From contig NW_024704742.1 in the NCBI RefSeq assembly GCF_018977255.1, positions 72,790,001-72,854,000 on the forward strand: a stretch of DNA of 64,000 nt, read 5' to 3'. The notes beneath the pieces are model-generated. The model did no database searches. It saw nothing but the letters and a program-made list of their open reading frames with translations, and had not been told where the DNA came from. This document shows, piece by piece, positions 63,741 to 64,000 of the stretch (position 1 is its first letter; the number at the start of each line of letters is the position of its first letter). The stretch is from Callorhinchus milii. Lineage: Eukaryota. A program made the translations under genes and the position numbers.

Positions 63741-64000
63741 GTTTGTTGTAAGATCACATGTTCTTGACAATGGTTGTAACCAGGTTTAAGATAAAAGGGC
63801 AAATAAATTGTCATGTGAATGTATCAGATATGATGCATTTCCCACCCCCCTGCCCCCACCACCACAGCGCCCACCCCAGCTCAGATGCCCAGCCAGTGTC
63901 AAGCACTTTGGGACAACCTCTCAACATGAAAGGCACTATACAAATGCTAATTTGTATTGTATACTTTTTTAAATTCTGTAGGTTATTCTATAACCACAGC

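Noticed and set aside
1..64000. Prokaryote-type systems (CRISPR array, operon, retron) or endogenous virus
   Set aside because: No regularly spaced repeat-spacer array. All long ORFs are CR1/L2 LINE derived, and no viral or LTR/integrase motifs were seen.

Overview
This is vertebrate genomic DNA, most likely from a cartilaginous fish. The repeat set points to a chimaera/holocephalan, but that is an inference. The window is the middle of one + strand gene. Four GT-AG exons (4519-4657, 20466-20608, 35324-35450, 57654-57847) splice in frame into 603 nt / 201 codons encoding the DBB domain and first ankyrin region of a BANK1/PIK3AP1(BCAP)-family B-cell adaptor; BANK1 is the best fit. The ORF track captures only the first of these exons. 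The introns (15.8, 14.7 and 22.2 kb) are packed with repeats: two near-identical CR1 LINEs in inverted orientation (one near full length, with an esterase-type ORF1), many L2 and older CR1 fragments, a young tRNA-Ala-headed Deu-domain SINE, an older SacSINE1-like DeuSINE, hAT-type MITEs, a Penelope-like hairpin and an unclassified ~0.7 kb repeat family. I see no clearly new biological system. The most interesting signals are nested inverted repeats around the 127-nt exon (one has a perfect 31-bp core in non-SINE sequence), a frameshift shared by both CR1 copies, and a possible RTE-LINE origin for the unclassified repeat. Repeat boundaries are approximate unless a TSD is given. Family names come from recalled consensus motifs, not from a database search.
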